Source of the DNA: Mobula hypostoma
Taxonomy: Eukaryota
Assembly (NCBI RefSeq): GCF_963921235.1
Contig: NC_086097.1
Coordinates: forward strand, 227,356,001-227,420,000
Length of the DNA: 64,000 bases
Direction of reading: 5' to 3'
Shown: piece after piece, positions 12,812 to 25,377 of the stretch
How positions within the stretch are numbered: the first letter of the stretch is position 1
How the letters are laid out: every line of letters starts with the position of its first letter
The notes under the pieces: model-generated
What the model saw: only the letters and a program-made list of their open reading frames with translations
Told to the model about the DNA's origin: nothing
The model's database searches: none
Program-made: the position numbers and the translations under genes

Positions 12812-13035
12812 GTCTGTGAACATGTGAGTTTCCTCCAGGTGCTCAGCTTTCCTTCGACATTCCAAAGACATACCAGTTAGTAGGTTAATTGGTCATTGTA
12901 AATTGTCCTGTGATTAGGCAAGGGTTAAATGGGTGGGTTGCTGGGCAGTGCAACTTGATTGGCCAAAGAGGCCAGTTCTGCGCTAAATAAATGATAAATT
13001 GGCCAAAAAGGCCAGTTCCGTGCTAAATAAATGAT
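12812..13035 (+). mobile_element. V-SINE/HE1-type SINE (5'-truncated), with duplicated tail
   Basis: gagtttcctccaggtgctcagctttccttcgacattccaaagacataccagttagtaggttaattggtcattgtaaattg; the tail ggccaaa-aggccagttc-g-gctaaataaatgataa occurs twice. Confidence 0.75.
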
Positions 13036-13749
13036 AAGTAAATATGTCATTGTTAATAAACCTAATTCTGATTCTTAAGTGAAGTCCCAACAGCAGGTAA
13101 ACTGGCAAAACTGGTGTTGTGAATCTGTTGGTAAAATTTCAAGTTCTTTATTTGACAGTACCTGCACTAAAATCCTATCCACTGTTTAAACCCATAAATA
13201 CAATTAGTTCTAAAAAAAAATCAGTTGAGTTCAATTTCAGACAGATATCAAAACAGCAAGATCATTTCTATAAATATGTGTGTTGTGTTCATGAAACAGT
13301 ACACACCAGTTCATTGCCATATACTGACTTAAGTACTGTCTTTTGACTTTTTATTATCTGGTTTTAGAATATTGAAAAGTTACCATGCAAGCTGCGCCAG
13401 ATTTCACATTCTCCTGACTTTGACCCAGCAAGGTACCACCCATCTGTCCGGAGCAGGTGGAGAAAAGCATTGAGAACACATTTTGGTTGCTGAATAGGAA
13501 GTCACTGGCAGGATGCTCTCCAGTTGCCTCCACCCAGCAGTTTATAAGCTGCTCCCAGGATCAGAGTATGGATTCTGTCCATTAAGAGCTGCAGTAGGAA
13601 TGATAATCATTGCTAACCATTTTTTTTTAAGTTGCAGGGAGCAAATTTTTTTCACTCTATTGATGGAAAGGGACTGTATAGAATATTTCCCAGGTTTGAC
13701 TACCATCAGAATTTCCCTCCATCTATGTCTGCTTCATGATGGCATGCAG

Positions 13750-14040
13750 GCTTAGAATTAGAGGGTACCCAGTTAAAACAGAGATGAGGAGAAATTTTTT
13801 TAGCCAGAGGGTCGTGGATTTGTGGAATTTGTTGCCACATATGGCTGTGGAGGCCCGATCATTGAGGGCGTTTAAGGAGGAGATTGACAGGTATCTAATT
13901 AGTCAGGGTATCAAGGGATATGGGGAAAAAGCCGGAAATTGGAACTAGATGGGTGAATAGTTTAGCTCATGGGGAAGTTGCGGAGCAGACTCGATGGGCC
14001 GAATGGCCTACTTCCGCTCCTTTGTCTTGTGATCTTGTGA
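13750..14040 (+). mobile_element. CR1 LINE 3' end
   Basis: KTEMRRNFFSQRVVDLWNLLP; ends in (tcttgtga)2. Confidence 0.85.
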
Positions 14041-14169
14041 AGGCTGTGATTCAAACCAGCAGGTCCAGCACTGATCCATTCACAGTTCACTTTGGAGTCA
14101 ACCAACACTTTCCTCAATCTTTCTTACAGCATATTTTTATTGGGATTAAACTAATCAACAAGATGAATA

Positions 14170-15312
14170 AGAAGGCATTTGATAAGGTACCCATGCAAGG
14201 CTTATTCAGAAAATAAGGAGGCATGGGATCCAAGGGGACATTGCTTTGTGGATCCAAAACTGGCTTACCCACAGTAAGCGAAGAGTGGTTGTAGATGGGT
14301 CATATTCTGCATGGAGGTCGGTGACCAGTGGTTTGCCTCAGGGATCTGTTCTGGGACCCCTACTCTTTGAGATTTTTATAAATGACTTGGATGAGGAAGT
14401 GGAGGAATGGGTTAGTAAATTTGCTGATGACACAAAGGTTGGGGGTGTTGTGGATAGTGTGGAAGGCTGTCAAAGGTTACAGCGGGACATTGATAGGATG
14501 CAAAACTGGACCGAGAGGTGGCAGATGGAGTTCAACCCAGATATATGTGAGGTGTTCATTATAGTTGGTCAAATATGGCAGAATATAGCATTAATGGCAA
14601 GACTCTTGGCAGTATGGAAGATCAAAGGGATCTTGGGGTCCAAGTCCGTAGGACACTCAAAGATGCTGTGCAGATTGACTCTGTGGTTAAGAAGGCATTG
14701 GCCTTCATCAATCGTGGGATTGAGTCTAAGAGCTGAGAGGTAATGTTACAGCTATATAGGACCCTGGTCAGACCCCACTTGGAGTACTGTTCTCAATTTT
14801 GGTCGCCTCACTAAAGGAAGGATGTGGAAAGCATAGAAAGGGTGCAGAGGAGATTTACAAGGATGTTGCCTGGATTGGAGAGCATGCCTTATGAGAATAG
14901 GTTGAGTAAACTCGGCCTTTTCTCCTTGGAGTGATGGACGATGAGAGGTGATCTGATAGAGGTGTACAAGATAATGAGAGGCATTGATCGTGTGGTTAGT
15001 CAGAGGCTTTTTCCCAGGGCTGAAATGGCTAGCATGAGAGGGCATAGTTTCAAGGTGCATGGAAGAAGGTACAGAGGAGATGTCAGGGGTGTTTTTTACG
15101 CAGAGAGTGGTGAGTGTGTGGAATGGGCTGCCAGCGGCGGTGGTGGAGGCGGAAATAATAGGGTCTTTTAAGAGACTCCTGGATGGGTACATGGAGCTTA
15201 GAAAAATTGAGAGCTATGGGTAAGCCTAGGTAGTTCTAAGGTAAGGACATGATCAGCCCAGCTTTGTGGGCCAAAGGGCCCGTATTGTGCTGTAGGTTTT
15301 CTATGTTTCTAT
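14170..15312 (+). mobile_element. CR1 LINE, RT domain to 3' end (pseudogenised)
   Basis: KAFDKVP...[23 protein letters not shown]...SKFADDTK; MRGDLIEVYKIMRG; tail ttttctatgtttctat. A second short CR1 3' piece lies at about 15345-15513. Confidence 0.92.
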
Positions 15313-15948
15313 ACTGCCTTCTTTGCCTTTACTCCTCACCTGCCTGGGGTGGTGGTAGAGACAGATGCATTAGAGGTATCTAAGAAACTCTTAGTTAGGC
15401 ACATGGATGGGAGAATAAATGGAGGGTTATAAAGGAGGGAAGGGTTAAGTTGATCTTAGAGTAGGTGAAGAGGTCAGAACAACATTGTGGGCCTAAGGGC
15501 CTGTACTGTGCTATTAACCAAAGCCACTCTAGCCTCATTTAGCCAAACAGCAGCTTGTAGGCAACAGGTTGAGAGGCTGAGCTCTACCTGCTCTCTGGCA
15601 AAAAAATGTGCGCAGTGAAAGCCTGGAAATTCTTGAAATACATTTTGTCTATTTTCTTACAGTGAAGGTAAACAGTGTTCTGTTCCTTCTTCAAAGTACC
15701 AGCACAGACCATGCCCAGTTGAGGAAAGTGCATTGGAAGATCATGAGTCCATAATTTACACAAAACTAATATTTCAGATCATGTGTCCCAAGACTAAATG
15801 TTGATGAAAACTCCAATTTCTCATTCTTAACTGTATGTGCCAATATTATCTACTGAAGGCCAACATCTACTGCTATGACATCTTTGCTTTTCCCTCCACT
15901 AATTAAATCACTTAACAAGCAGTCTTAATCAGTTCGGTTCCTCTTACT

Positions 15949-16178
15949 CAAACACAAGGAAATCTGCAGATGCTGGAATTTCAAGCACCACACATAAAAG
16001 TTGCCGGTGAACGCAGCAGGCCAGGCAGCATCTCTAGGAAGAGGTACAGTCGACGTTTCGGGCCGAGACCCTTCTTTCAGTTAGCCCTGACGGAGGGTCT
16101 CGGCCCGAACGTTGACTGTACCTCTTCTTAGAGATGCTGCCTGGCCTGCTGCGTTCACCAGCAACTTTTATGTGTGTA
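15949..16178. mobile_element. Palindromic Penelope pLTR insertion
   Basis: About 85-bp inverted arms (about 15989-16074 and 16090-16177); 12-bp TSD GTTCCTCTTACT (15937-15948) / GTTCCTATTACT (16179-16190). Confidence 0.85.
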
Positions 16179-16401
16179 GTTCCTATTACTACTGTCTATC
16201 AGAAAAGGATTACCAGTGGTGATTGGGACTCAAGAAGTCAGTTAGTACTTTTTCAATTATAACATCCATATTTACCTATGTTACTATTGTTGCAAATAAT
16301 TAATAAATATATTTTGATCACAAATACTACAAGGCTGCCAAATACGTTATGTCCTAATACGTTCTCGTTAAAGTAACTAGAATATTTTGGTGCCTCCACA
16401 G

Positions 16402-16542
16402 ATTAAGGAAGAAGAGATCGCATATCTGCAAAACAAATATTATAATATCTGCTTGGAGCTAATGAAAGAGAAGTCGCAAGTCAAAGATCTTCAATTAAAG
16501 TTGGCTACAGAGGAGGAAAAGGTACAAAGCCTCAAAGGAGAG
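16402..16542 (+). CDS. Coding exon of coiled-coil host gene (PMFBP1-like)
   Basis: Acceptor tgcctccacag|; 141 nt, phase 0-0; IKEEEIAYLQNKYYNICLELMKEKSQVKDLQLKLATEEEKVQSLKGE shows heptad pattern. Donor |gtacat (alternative in-frame donor after 16521). Confidence 0.65.
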
Positions 16543-17029
16543 GTACATTACAATTTATTTTTCAGAAAAAGAAACTGCATTATGAAAATTACACCACTGG
16601 TTATTTATCTACCTTTCAGAAATTCTGTTCATTTCATTTGGAGCTGATGCAGCTGTTAAAACAGAATTTGAAATACACTTTAACACAATAGTAGTTACAT
16701 AAGCTGGTTTTGGTAACACTAATGAAAAATGGTTCATTTAATTGGAATAAATATATTCAATGAAACTCGATTACCAACTCAGCTATTTACAGGAACAATT
16801 TCATTTCGAGCTCTGTGCCTTTCAGAAATTTCCTCACTTTGCAATCAGCTACTAATTTAGTTGTATAACACATTGTGTTATTAGCAGATCATTGTTTCTT
16901 GCATAAGAAGGTGTCAGTTGTCACGTATTAGTTTTCATCAGTATCTTTTTTAGTTTCAAAAATTCTCTGCTGTTCTCAATTGCTCTCTTTTAGACCTGTT
17001 TTCTCCCTTTATGTCCAAAGCAATCATTT

Positions 17030-18785
17030 TTAAAACAACAGAAGAGATTTTGCCATTGCTGGAAAACTTGAGCAAAACAAACAAAATGCTGGAGGAGCTC
17101 AGCAAGCCAGGCAGCATCTATGGAGGGGAATAAGTAGTTGATGTTTCTGGCCAAGACCCTTCATCAGGACTGGATGGAAAGGGGGCAGAAGCCAGAATAA
17201 GAAGGTGGAGAGAGGGGAAGGAGAACAAGATGGCAGGTGATAGGTGAGAGGGAAGGTGTGTGGGTGGGAGAGGGGGATGAAATAGGAAGTTGGTGGGAGA
17301 GATAAAGAGCTGACGTAAAAGGAATATGATAGGAAAGGACAGTGGACTGTGGAAGAAAGGGAAGGGGGAGGACCAGAGGGAAGTGATGGGCAGCTGAGCA
17401 GAAGAGAAAGGATGAGAAAGTAACCAGAATTGGAAATAGAGAAAGAAAGAAGGAGGGAAGGGGGAGACATTTGCACAGTGCTGTCCTTCAGTGTTTGCTT
17501 GGTGCTGTCCTCCCGTGTTCATTTGGTGGAAGGACCAGGGAGCCATTCAAGGACTTGGACTATATTATTTTCTTTATTTTGCCTGTGTGCTTTCTTCTGA
17601 AATCATAACCATATGTGCTATTTTTGCTGTGTGCTATGTGTTGTTGGTAATGTGCATTGTACTTTGGCCTCAGAGAAACGCTGTTTTGTTTGGCTGTGTT
17701 CATGTATGGTTGAATGATAATCAAACTTCAACTGTACAGGACGATGGAGAAATTGATGTTCATACCTTCAGGTTGGAAGCTACCCAGACAGAATATGAGG
17801 TATTGTTCCTCCAACCTGATTTTGACTTCATCGCGACATTTGAGGATGCCACAGACATGTTAAAATTGGAATGGGATGGGGAACGTCGACTCACATCATG
17901 AGAGGCCTGCGTCAGGCATTTTCATGCCTTACAAGGCGCAGATTGGGAAGTCAAATTGAAATGGGTATCTACCAGGAGACCCTGCCTTTTGCACTGGGTA
18001 AAGCAAAAGTGCTCGACAAAGTGGTCCCCCAATCTACATCGGATCTCACTGACGTAGAGGAGTACACACCTGGAGCACCGGATACAATAGATGACCTGTA
18101 CATACCTGAAAGTGAAGTTTTGGCTCAACTGGAAGGACTATTTGGGGACATGAATGAGGGAGGACATGTAAGGGCAGATGTATCACTTGTCATGCTTGCA
18201 GGAATAAATGCCAGGAGGGAGATCAGTGAGCGTAGACGAGAGGACTATGCAGTCCATCGAGAGAAATTCCTCCAGAAAGTAGAGAAGAAAGGGTAGGGAA
18301 AGATATGCTCACTAGTATGATCCCTTTGGAGATGGCAGAAGTTACAGAGAGTAATGTGCCAGGACATGTAGGTTCATGTGGTGGTAGGTAAGGACGGGGA
18401 ACCCTATCGCTGTTATGACAGCAGGAGGATGGGCTGGGAGTAGATGTGTGGGAAATGGAGGGGATGCAGGTGAGGAGCAAGAGAAAATCTGCAGATGCTG
18501 GAGGTCCGAGCAGCACATACAAAATGCTTGGGGAACTCAGAAGGCCAGGCAGCATCTATGGAAAAGAGTACAGTTTAACGTTTCGGCCCGAAACGTCAGC
18601 TGTACTTTTTTCCATTGATACTGCCTGACCTGCTAAGTTCCCCCAGCATTTTGTGTGGGATGCGGGTGAGGACAGCATTAGTGGTGATGGAAAGGAATCC
18701 TGTTCGTTGAAAAAAATGAGAACATCTCAAATGTTCTAGAATAGAAAGCCTCATCCTGACAACAGCTGTGGTGGAGATGGAGAAA
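17030..18785 (-). mobile_element. Penelope-like element, degraded, with nested insertions
   Basis: VIYCIRCSRCVLLYVSEIRCRLGDHFVEH (17922-18128, GIY-YIG); DRVP-VLTYH-like region at about 18350-18420; pLTR at 17030-17200; an unrelated short insert at about 17477-17730. Confidence 0.8.
18477..18656. mobile_element. Palindromic Penelope pLTR insertion
   Basis: Inverted arms meet at acgtttcggcccgaaacgt; 16-bp TSD GGGATGCAGGTGAGGA (18461-18476) / GGGATGCGGGTGAGGA (18657-18672). Confidence 0.85.
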
Positions 18786-18994
18786 CTTCCTCACCCCTTT
18801 CCTTTCAAATTAAAACTTCTAGATTAAATATTGCTATATATTTGTCCTCAGTCTTTTGTGTTCAGTATTCTTTCTTTCCAGTCATATTTTCTGATGATAC
18901 AGAAAAATTGATTTTGTCTCACTGAGTGTTTTCTGACCCACAGAGTAATCATATTCCCTGACTAGTTTTCCTGAGTAATCTATTCTCCCCATAT

Positions 18995-19162
18995 TCCCAT
19001 CAACTGCACCTGATTCTAGCACCTGCCTACACTCAGGACAATTTAAAGTGCCCAATTAACCTACCAACCAGCACTTCACAGGGGGAATATGCAAACTCCA
19101 CTGGTGAGGATTGAATCTGCATTATCGGAGCTCTGAGGCAGCAGCTGTGCCATTGTGCCGCT
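18995..19162 (-). mobile_element. Degenerate V-SINE/HE1-type SINE
   Basis: acaatttaaagtgcccaattaacctaccaacc...aggattgaatc...tgtgccattgtgccgc (rc of tRNA-like head plus V-core). Confidence 0.5.
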
Positions 19163-19780
19163 CAGTAATTTGCCCTGACACACACAGGGCATCCTAAGCA
19201 ATGTCCTACTTGCCCTGATACCACTTCCGTGAATGGACCACTCATGAAGAAGTTTCTGCTTGATCGGGTTGGATGCTGCTGACAGCCAGCTGATGGTTGT
19301 GTGGACTCAGTACATGGATTACCATGTCCCAGATTTCCAATTTAATGATGCTAGTTACTGTACGTTATTAGCAGTTTTATGTATATTTTATTTGACTTTT
19401 TTTTTCAAAATATGGCAGTAAAAGGGATGGGGTTTTAGGAAGATTGTCTTGAGGCTCGGTCATTATTCATGTCTGCTCCACTCACAAATCTGATTTGTTT
19501 GCAGTACACATGTAACGTGGCTAGTGGGCTCATGCAGTGGTGAGCCCCAGCAGTGGGTTGGATCAAACCAAGCACAATCCAGCATCTGGATTTTCTCCAC
19601 AAATGCTGCATGGCTCACTGAGTATTTTCAGTAGTCTTTTTCTTAAGTATCTTCTCTTGTGTTGCTGTTAAATTTTATTTGATCTTACTTCTTTGAAGCA
19701 CCTTGGGATATTTCTACTGCATTGAAGGGACAATGCGAATGAAAGTTGTTGCTGTTGTTATTAATGATGCAGACTGATGT

Positions 19781-19949
19781 ATCGGCCCTAAGCCTTTCCC
19801 TTGGACAACATCAGTGTCGTGGAGAGGGGAGACTTGCAGCATGGGCAACTGCCAGTCTTCCATACAACCTTGCCCAGGCCTGCACCCTGGAAACCCTCTA
19901 AGGCGCAAATCCATGGTCTCACGGGACTAACGGATGCCTATACATATAG
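19781..19949 (+). mobile_element. Short RTE-associated SINE or non-autonomous retroelement fragment
   Basis: 9-bp direct repeat GACTGATGT at 19772-19780 and 19950-19958; 3' end aatccatggtctcacgggactaacggatgcc resembles RTE-type tails. Confidence 0.45.
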
Positions 19950-22134
19950 GACTGATGTCATCACTTGTGTTAGTAATCACAGTGTCCATCAAAGAATTGT
20001 TTCTCCAACTGGAAAGTATTTAAGTGTGGGAAATGATGAAGACATGAAGAAGGAATGCATGGCATGTTATGTCACTAAACAGGCTAGGAATCATCTAGTG
20101 TGTTCACATTAGTGGGTTTGTGAGCTCTGAGGTTACTGATATGCTAGAGGCAAAGTAACTAAAGAACACTCTTAACTAAGGAACATTCCTATATTCCCCA
20201 CCACACTATTGGTAATGCTCACTCTATACCAAATTCTTGCTCCAAGTTACTGGTATAGCTGGGAGATACTTCTTTTTTCTTCCTCTTATATTTCAGAAAG
20301 TAACTGTTGATTGACATCAGAATCTTCCCCCTTCTTTCAGAGAACAAAGTGCTCTTGCTAAAATGAGGTCGTGTTTTGTGGAAGAAGTGGACAGTCAGCT
20401 GAGCTTCTCGTCTCTCGTAACGTGATAGCGTTGCCTTTCAAAATATCTTAGATAATGGTTTAAAAATTAGAACGATTTCAATGATTGATGGAAACCATGC
20501 ATACATTATATAATCCACTGCAATCTTTGTTATAACAAACGAACCTGAAGGATGTCACTTTCACTAACTGTTCCTTGTTTACTTTTAATATATGTAAATT
20601 AAGTTATCATATCCTCTTGAGAGTGCTGGATAGCCTAAAGGCTTATGTTTTAAGTGCAGTATTTGCATTTGCAAATCATTATTTTTGGTGAGGCCTGAAA
20701 GAATTTGATGGCATGGTGTCAGTATCTGTCTCTATGTCATTGTGCGTGTAATTGATAATGATACTAGCTGTAATTGCTCATGCATGCAAATGAAAGTCTT
20801 TGAAATTTTAGCTGAATGTAAGTAAGATTTTAATTTTAGATAGTTTTTTTTAGGACTGTGTTGATATCAAACTTTATCTTGTTAGAATTATCACGATGCC
20901 ATTAATATAAGTTGAAATCCATTCAAAGATGAATAGTTGTAATATTCTAATTAGTGTTTTCATTTGCTAAGCTAATGAGATTTAACTAGTATCACAAATG
21001 GCCTGCAGTATATAACAGCAGCCAAGCAACTGGAAATTACATCTTATTGACAAAACCGGTTGCATTATAAGCTGTCAACGGGCTACTTTGTTACTATAAC
21101 ATCAGCATTCAGTTTGTTGATCAGCAAATGTGAAATTCTGTTTAATAAGGATAATGCTAATGGACAGTATTAAGACAGGAATTAATAATAAAGAACTTAC
21201 TTTAAGTGTGATAAAAAAATACGTTTGAACATTTACATCCCAAGTATATTATTAAAGTGAACCAGTGATCACAGAGGGATCTCAAATTCAGTCCAGCGTA
21301 AAAATAGGAAGTTTCCAGTTAAATCATTTATCAATGGCTTCAGCTTCTGTGAAAGTCAATACTATTGCTATTAAGTAGCTCTTCAAAAAAACTCGCATGA
21401 GAACATGGTGGGGTCAAATCTAGACTTGGCACGAATGCTGGAGTCAAGTGTGTAAAACCAGTACAACTTGAAAAGAATAATAGAATTGAATCGAGTGAAC
21501 ATGGGTTTATAAAATGAAAGTCACATTTGACTGACCTGCTGAAGCTCTTTGAGAACATAATGAGTTGAGTAAAAATGGGGTAACCTCGGGATGTGGAGTA
21601 TTTGGATTTTTAAAGCTATTTGATAGGTTCCCACACAGAACATTGATCAACAAAGTTAAGACACATAAGTTTGGGGATAATATATTGATCTTGATTGAGA
21701 ATCACTACTGGGCCTAAAGCAAATAGTAGGAAATAACGTATTGTTCTCAAGCTGGCAGGCCTGGACTCGTGGATTACCATAGGTATCAGTGCTGAAGTTC
21801 CAAAATTTCACAACCTACATTGAGAAGGCCAAACGCCATGTTTCCTGGTTTGCTGATTGTACTAAACATGGTGGATAGTGAACTTGGAGGAAGATTACAG
21901 TGACTTCAAGGGTAAATGGACAAGTTGAATCAAATATGTAATGATGGAATGCTATGTGGAAAATATTCTGGTATCTATATCAGAAAGGCAAAGTGTGTTA
22001 AATGATCAGAGACTGGTTAACATGTTCACAAGGACCAAAGTATGCTTGTATACACATCACTGAAGGCCAGTGCACAGGTGCATCAAGTAATCAAGAGGGC
22101 AAATAGTATATTGGTCTCTATTATGAGAAGATTT

Positions 22135-22362
22135 AGTCATAGTCATAATCATACTTTATCGATCCTGAGGGAAATTGGTTTTCGTTACAGTTGCACCAAC
22201 CAGGAATAAAGTATAAATATAGCAATATAAAACGATAATAATTAAATAGTATTATGTAAATTATGCCAGAAAATTAGTCCAGAACCAGCCTATTGGCTCA
22301 GGGTGTCTGACCCTCCAAGGGAGGACTTGTAAAGTTTGATGGCCACAGGCAGGAATGATTTG
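22135..22362 (-). mobile_element. Rex1/Babar-type 3' terminus
   Basis: KSFLPVAIKLYKSSLG on the - strand; (TAGTCA)n tail at about 22134-22147. Confidence 0.65.
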
Positions 22363-22393
22363 AATGCAGAAGTAAGTAAATAAGCCCTATCAG

Positions 22394-23024
22394 GAGGCGG
22401 GAGGAGAAGATGGCGGTACAACGCAGCGTGCGCAGCTCTCCGGTGAAATGATATCGTATTTGTAAGTAGGATGCCGTGCACAATTCTGATTTGATGGAGA
22501 CAGACATGAGAGCAGAGAGGAACATCTGGAGAAGTTTCTGAAATGCCCGGTTCGCTGCCGCTGCTACTGTGCGATCGAGAATCTCCGGAGGGTGGCCCCA
22601 AAATCCCCGGCTTTGCCTGCTGCTGGCGACCGAGGCTGGGGTCGAAGCGGTCGGCAGAGATGGTGCTCGGTACTCAGTGTCGGAGGGCTGGTCAGAGGCT
22701 CGAAGTTTTCGGACGACTCAGAGTCGGACTGTGGTCGGGCATGGCAGGGGGAGTTTTCTTCCTTCTCCCGTCTGCGTGAGATGTGGGACTTTCAAGAGAC
22801 TTTGAACTTTTTTACTGTGCCCATGGCCTGTTCTTCATCAAGTTATAGTATTGTTGCACTGTTGTAACTATATGTTATATTTATGTGGTTTTTGTTAGTT
22901 TCAGTCTTGGTCTGTCCTGTGTTTCTGTGATATCACACTGGAGGAATATTGTATCATTTCTTAATGCATGCATTACTAAATGACAGTAAAAAGAGGACTG
23001 TGTGTCCTCATAATCTAATCTAAT
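22394..23024 (+). mobile_element. Non-autonomous retroelement (GC-rich LINE-like 5' UTR plus AATCT tail)
   Basis: 7-bp TSD CTATCAG (22387-22393 / 23025-23031); AAGATGGCG motif near the 5' end; CpG-rich first 370 bp; (AATCT)n tail; no RT-like ORF. Confidence 0.7.
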
Positions 23025-25377
23025 CTATCAGAGGACCTTGGTGTATGATATTATCTAAAGGGTATAAATGTGATAGAGGGAGTGCAGTGATGATCCCAGG
23101 TTCTGGGGAAAACAGATTGAGGAGAGGTTGAGTAGGTGGAGAATGTATTCCCTAGTACATAGACGAATCACAGCAGATCCAATTCAAATTTGATCCCCAA
23201 CAAAGGAGAGGGGGACCTGCAGCACGGTATCAGAATGTGTAGGTTGCTTAGGACTGAGGTGATGAGAAATTCCTCAATTCAGAGTGAGATGAATCTTTGG
23301 AACTCTCTACTTAAAGGCACTTTGGAGGTTTCATCAATGTGCCCAGTCAAGACAGAGTGGTACTTTTCCGGACATCAATGAAATAGAGGGGTGTGCATAC
23401 TGTGTGTCGGAGGCACTGAGGTAGAACGTCAGCTATGAATTTAGTGAGTAATTGAGCAGCCTTGATGGGCCAGGTAGCTTACTCCTACTTCTTATGTTCT
23501 TATGAAACAGTCTATGTGATACTTGATAGATTATGCAGCAGTGAAGGAAGAAGGTTGTCAAAGTAGAAAATAGTAGTTGAAGGGAGAAGGAATCAGTCTT
23601 GAAATAGAGAGCCAATTCTTCGTTGGAAATATTACCCAATCCTTCCACATGTTGAGAATATTGCTGTAGTTTGTTTTAGTCTTTGTGGGGAAAATTGATT
23701 TCTGAGAAATGGAAATCAATTATAAAAGTATCATACATGTTTCATAACAAGCAGATAATACAATATTCCACTCCAATACTAATTTTGTTATTGAAGTGAA
23801 CAGTTTCTTTTAAAATTTGCAACCAACATGATCTATGCATATTTTTGACTGACTATGTTCTTCCAAATGCATCCAATAACAGAACTTCAGCGTACAATTT
23901 GCACTCTTTCTATTTTTAATGTTTTTTAAAGCATGTTCCTAATAGTCAGGTAAGTTCATATGTTTCTAGGATAAATAAAACATTATAATGAGAATTTTGC
24001 TTTCTTACATAACTTACACATTTTTACTAATTTTTATTCCCCGTACACTTATTGATCTCGATTTTCCTGTGAAATCTCATCAATTCCATGTGAGTTTCAG
24101 AAAGTTCATGATCCCCATATTACTTTGTTTCAATGCATTTAATCTACCTAACAGTATTGGGATTGTCACAGCCAAATCCAATCTTATTTTCCCCGGTATC
24201 TTTTGAATTGCGAACTTCTTTAGGGGTTGTTGCATTATTAGTAGAAACAGAAAAGTAATAAAATCAGCCAAGATTGGTGAGGTCTTCTTACTGCAGAAAT
24301 CAATGAAATTAATTTGGAGGAAGAGAGTTAATTATGAAGCTTCAGATACTTAAACTTACTTCTGTGAATATCTGATTTACACTGCACCCCAAAGGAAGTT
24401 ATATAATACAACACTAGCAGAACATCTTTTGTCCAGAACTATTTACCTATGCAAAGGATTGTACAAGTCAATAGAGCACTCCCAATTATGCAATGATCCT
24501 TTTTGAACCAGTGGCTATTTGAACTGCGGACATGAAGCCTGATGCTGCTGAATATATTAATAAAGCAAATACAGCTGTGTTCAGTAAAATGTCTTACTAA
24601 ATATCCACTGTTAACCAATTAAAAAAAAATATTATTTCAATCATTAAAGCAGCCATGTAGTCTTGTGGTCACCTGTCAAATCCAAGATGAAATATTTAAT
24701 CTAATGAATGATCTCCCTTTATAATGCATATCTTTTCTATTCTTATAACTGACTGTTCAAATAATAATTACTATTCTATTGTTAATGCTGTTAATAAAGA
24801 TTGAGCAAAGTAAATAAACTTCAGGAAGTTTGCACTCTGGCCAAAATTAAGGGAATACATTGAGAGAATGCCTAAAAAGCAACTGAAAATTACTACCCTA
24901 CTGACAAGTCACACACATGATATAGAATAGGTCCTATAGGATAGATAGATATTTCAACATGCTTTATGAACTGCTGTGGAACTTATATCTAAAGACAAAA
25001 AATCATAACCTATTCCATTTATCAAACTCAAATTGGCCCCATTGCAAGCATTTCAGCTTTGCTAGTGGTGGGTTATCTGTTCATTTCCTACATGAAGCTC
25101 ATAAGCTGTCCTATAGGATAGAGTATCCACCTCTACGACCCCTGGTGATACGTAACTCTATGAAGGGAATTCTGTTTCACTACCTACCATTTATCAATCC
25201 CATCTATACTGCTAATAATTCTGTATACTTCAGTCAGGAAACCTCCCAATTTCCTCCTCCACTGCAAGGAAATAAATCCAGTCTACCTAGTCCCTTCTCA
25301 TAACTAAAACACACCATTTCAGGCAACATTCCAAGATTTTATCCTCCCCAGTGCAATCGTATCTTCTTTCCTATAGT

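Larger units (their letters stand above)
21440..23500 (+). mobile_element. Old CR1 LINE RT and 3' region, interrupted by younger insertions
   Basis: catgggtttataaaatgaaagtcacatttgactgacctg...ttggatttttaaagctatttgatagg; RTEVMRNSSIQSEMNLWNSL (23190-23381). Confidence 0.65.

Noticed and set aside
20341..20425. Good acceptor followed by EQSALAKMRSCFVEEVDSQL
   Set aside because: Start phase is incompatible with exon 16542, there is no convincing donor, and a stop follows.
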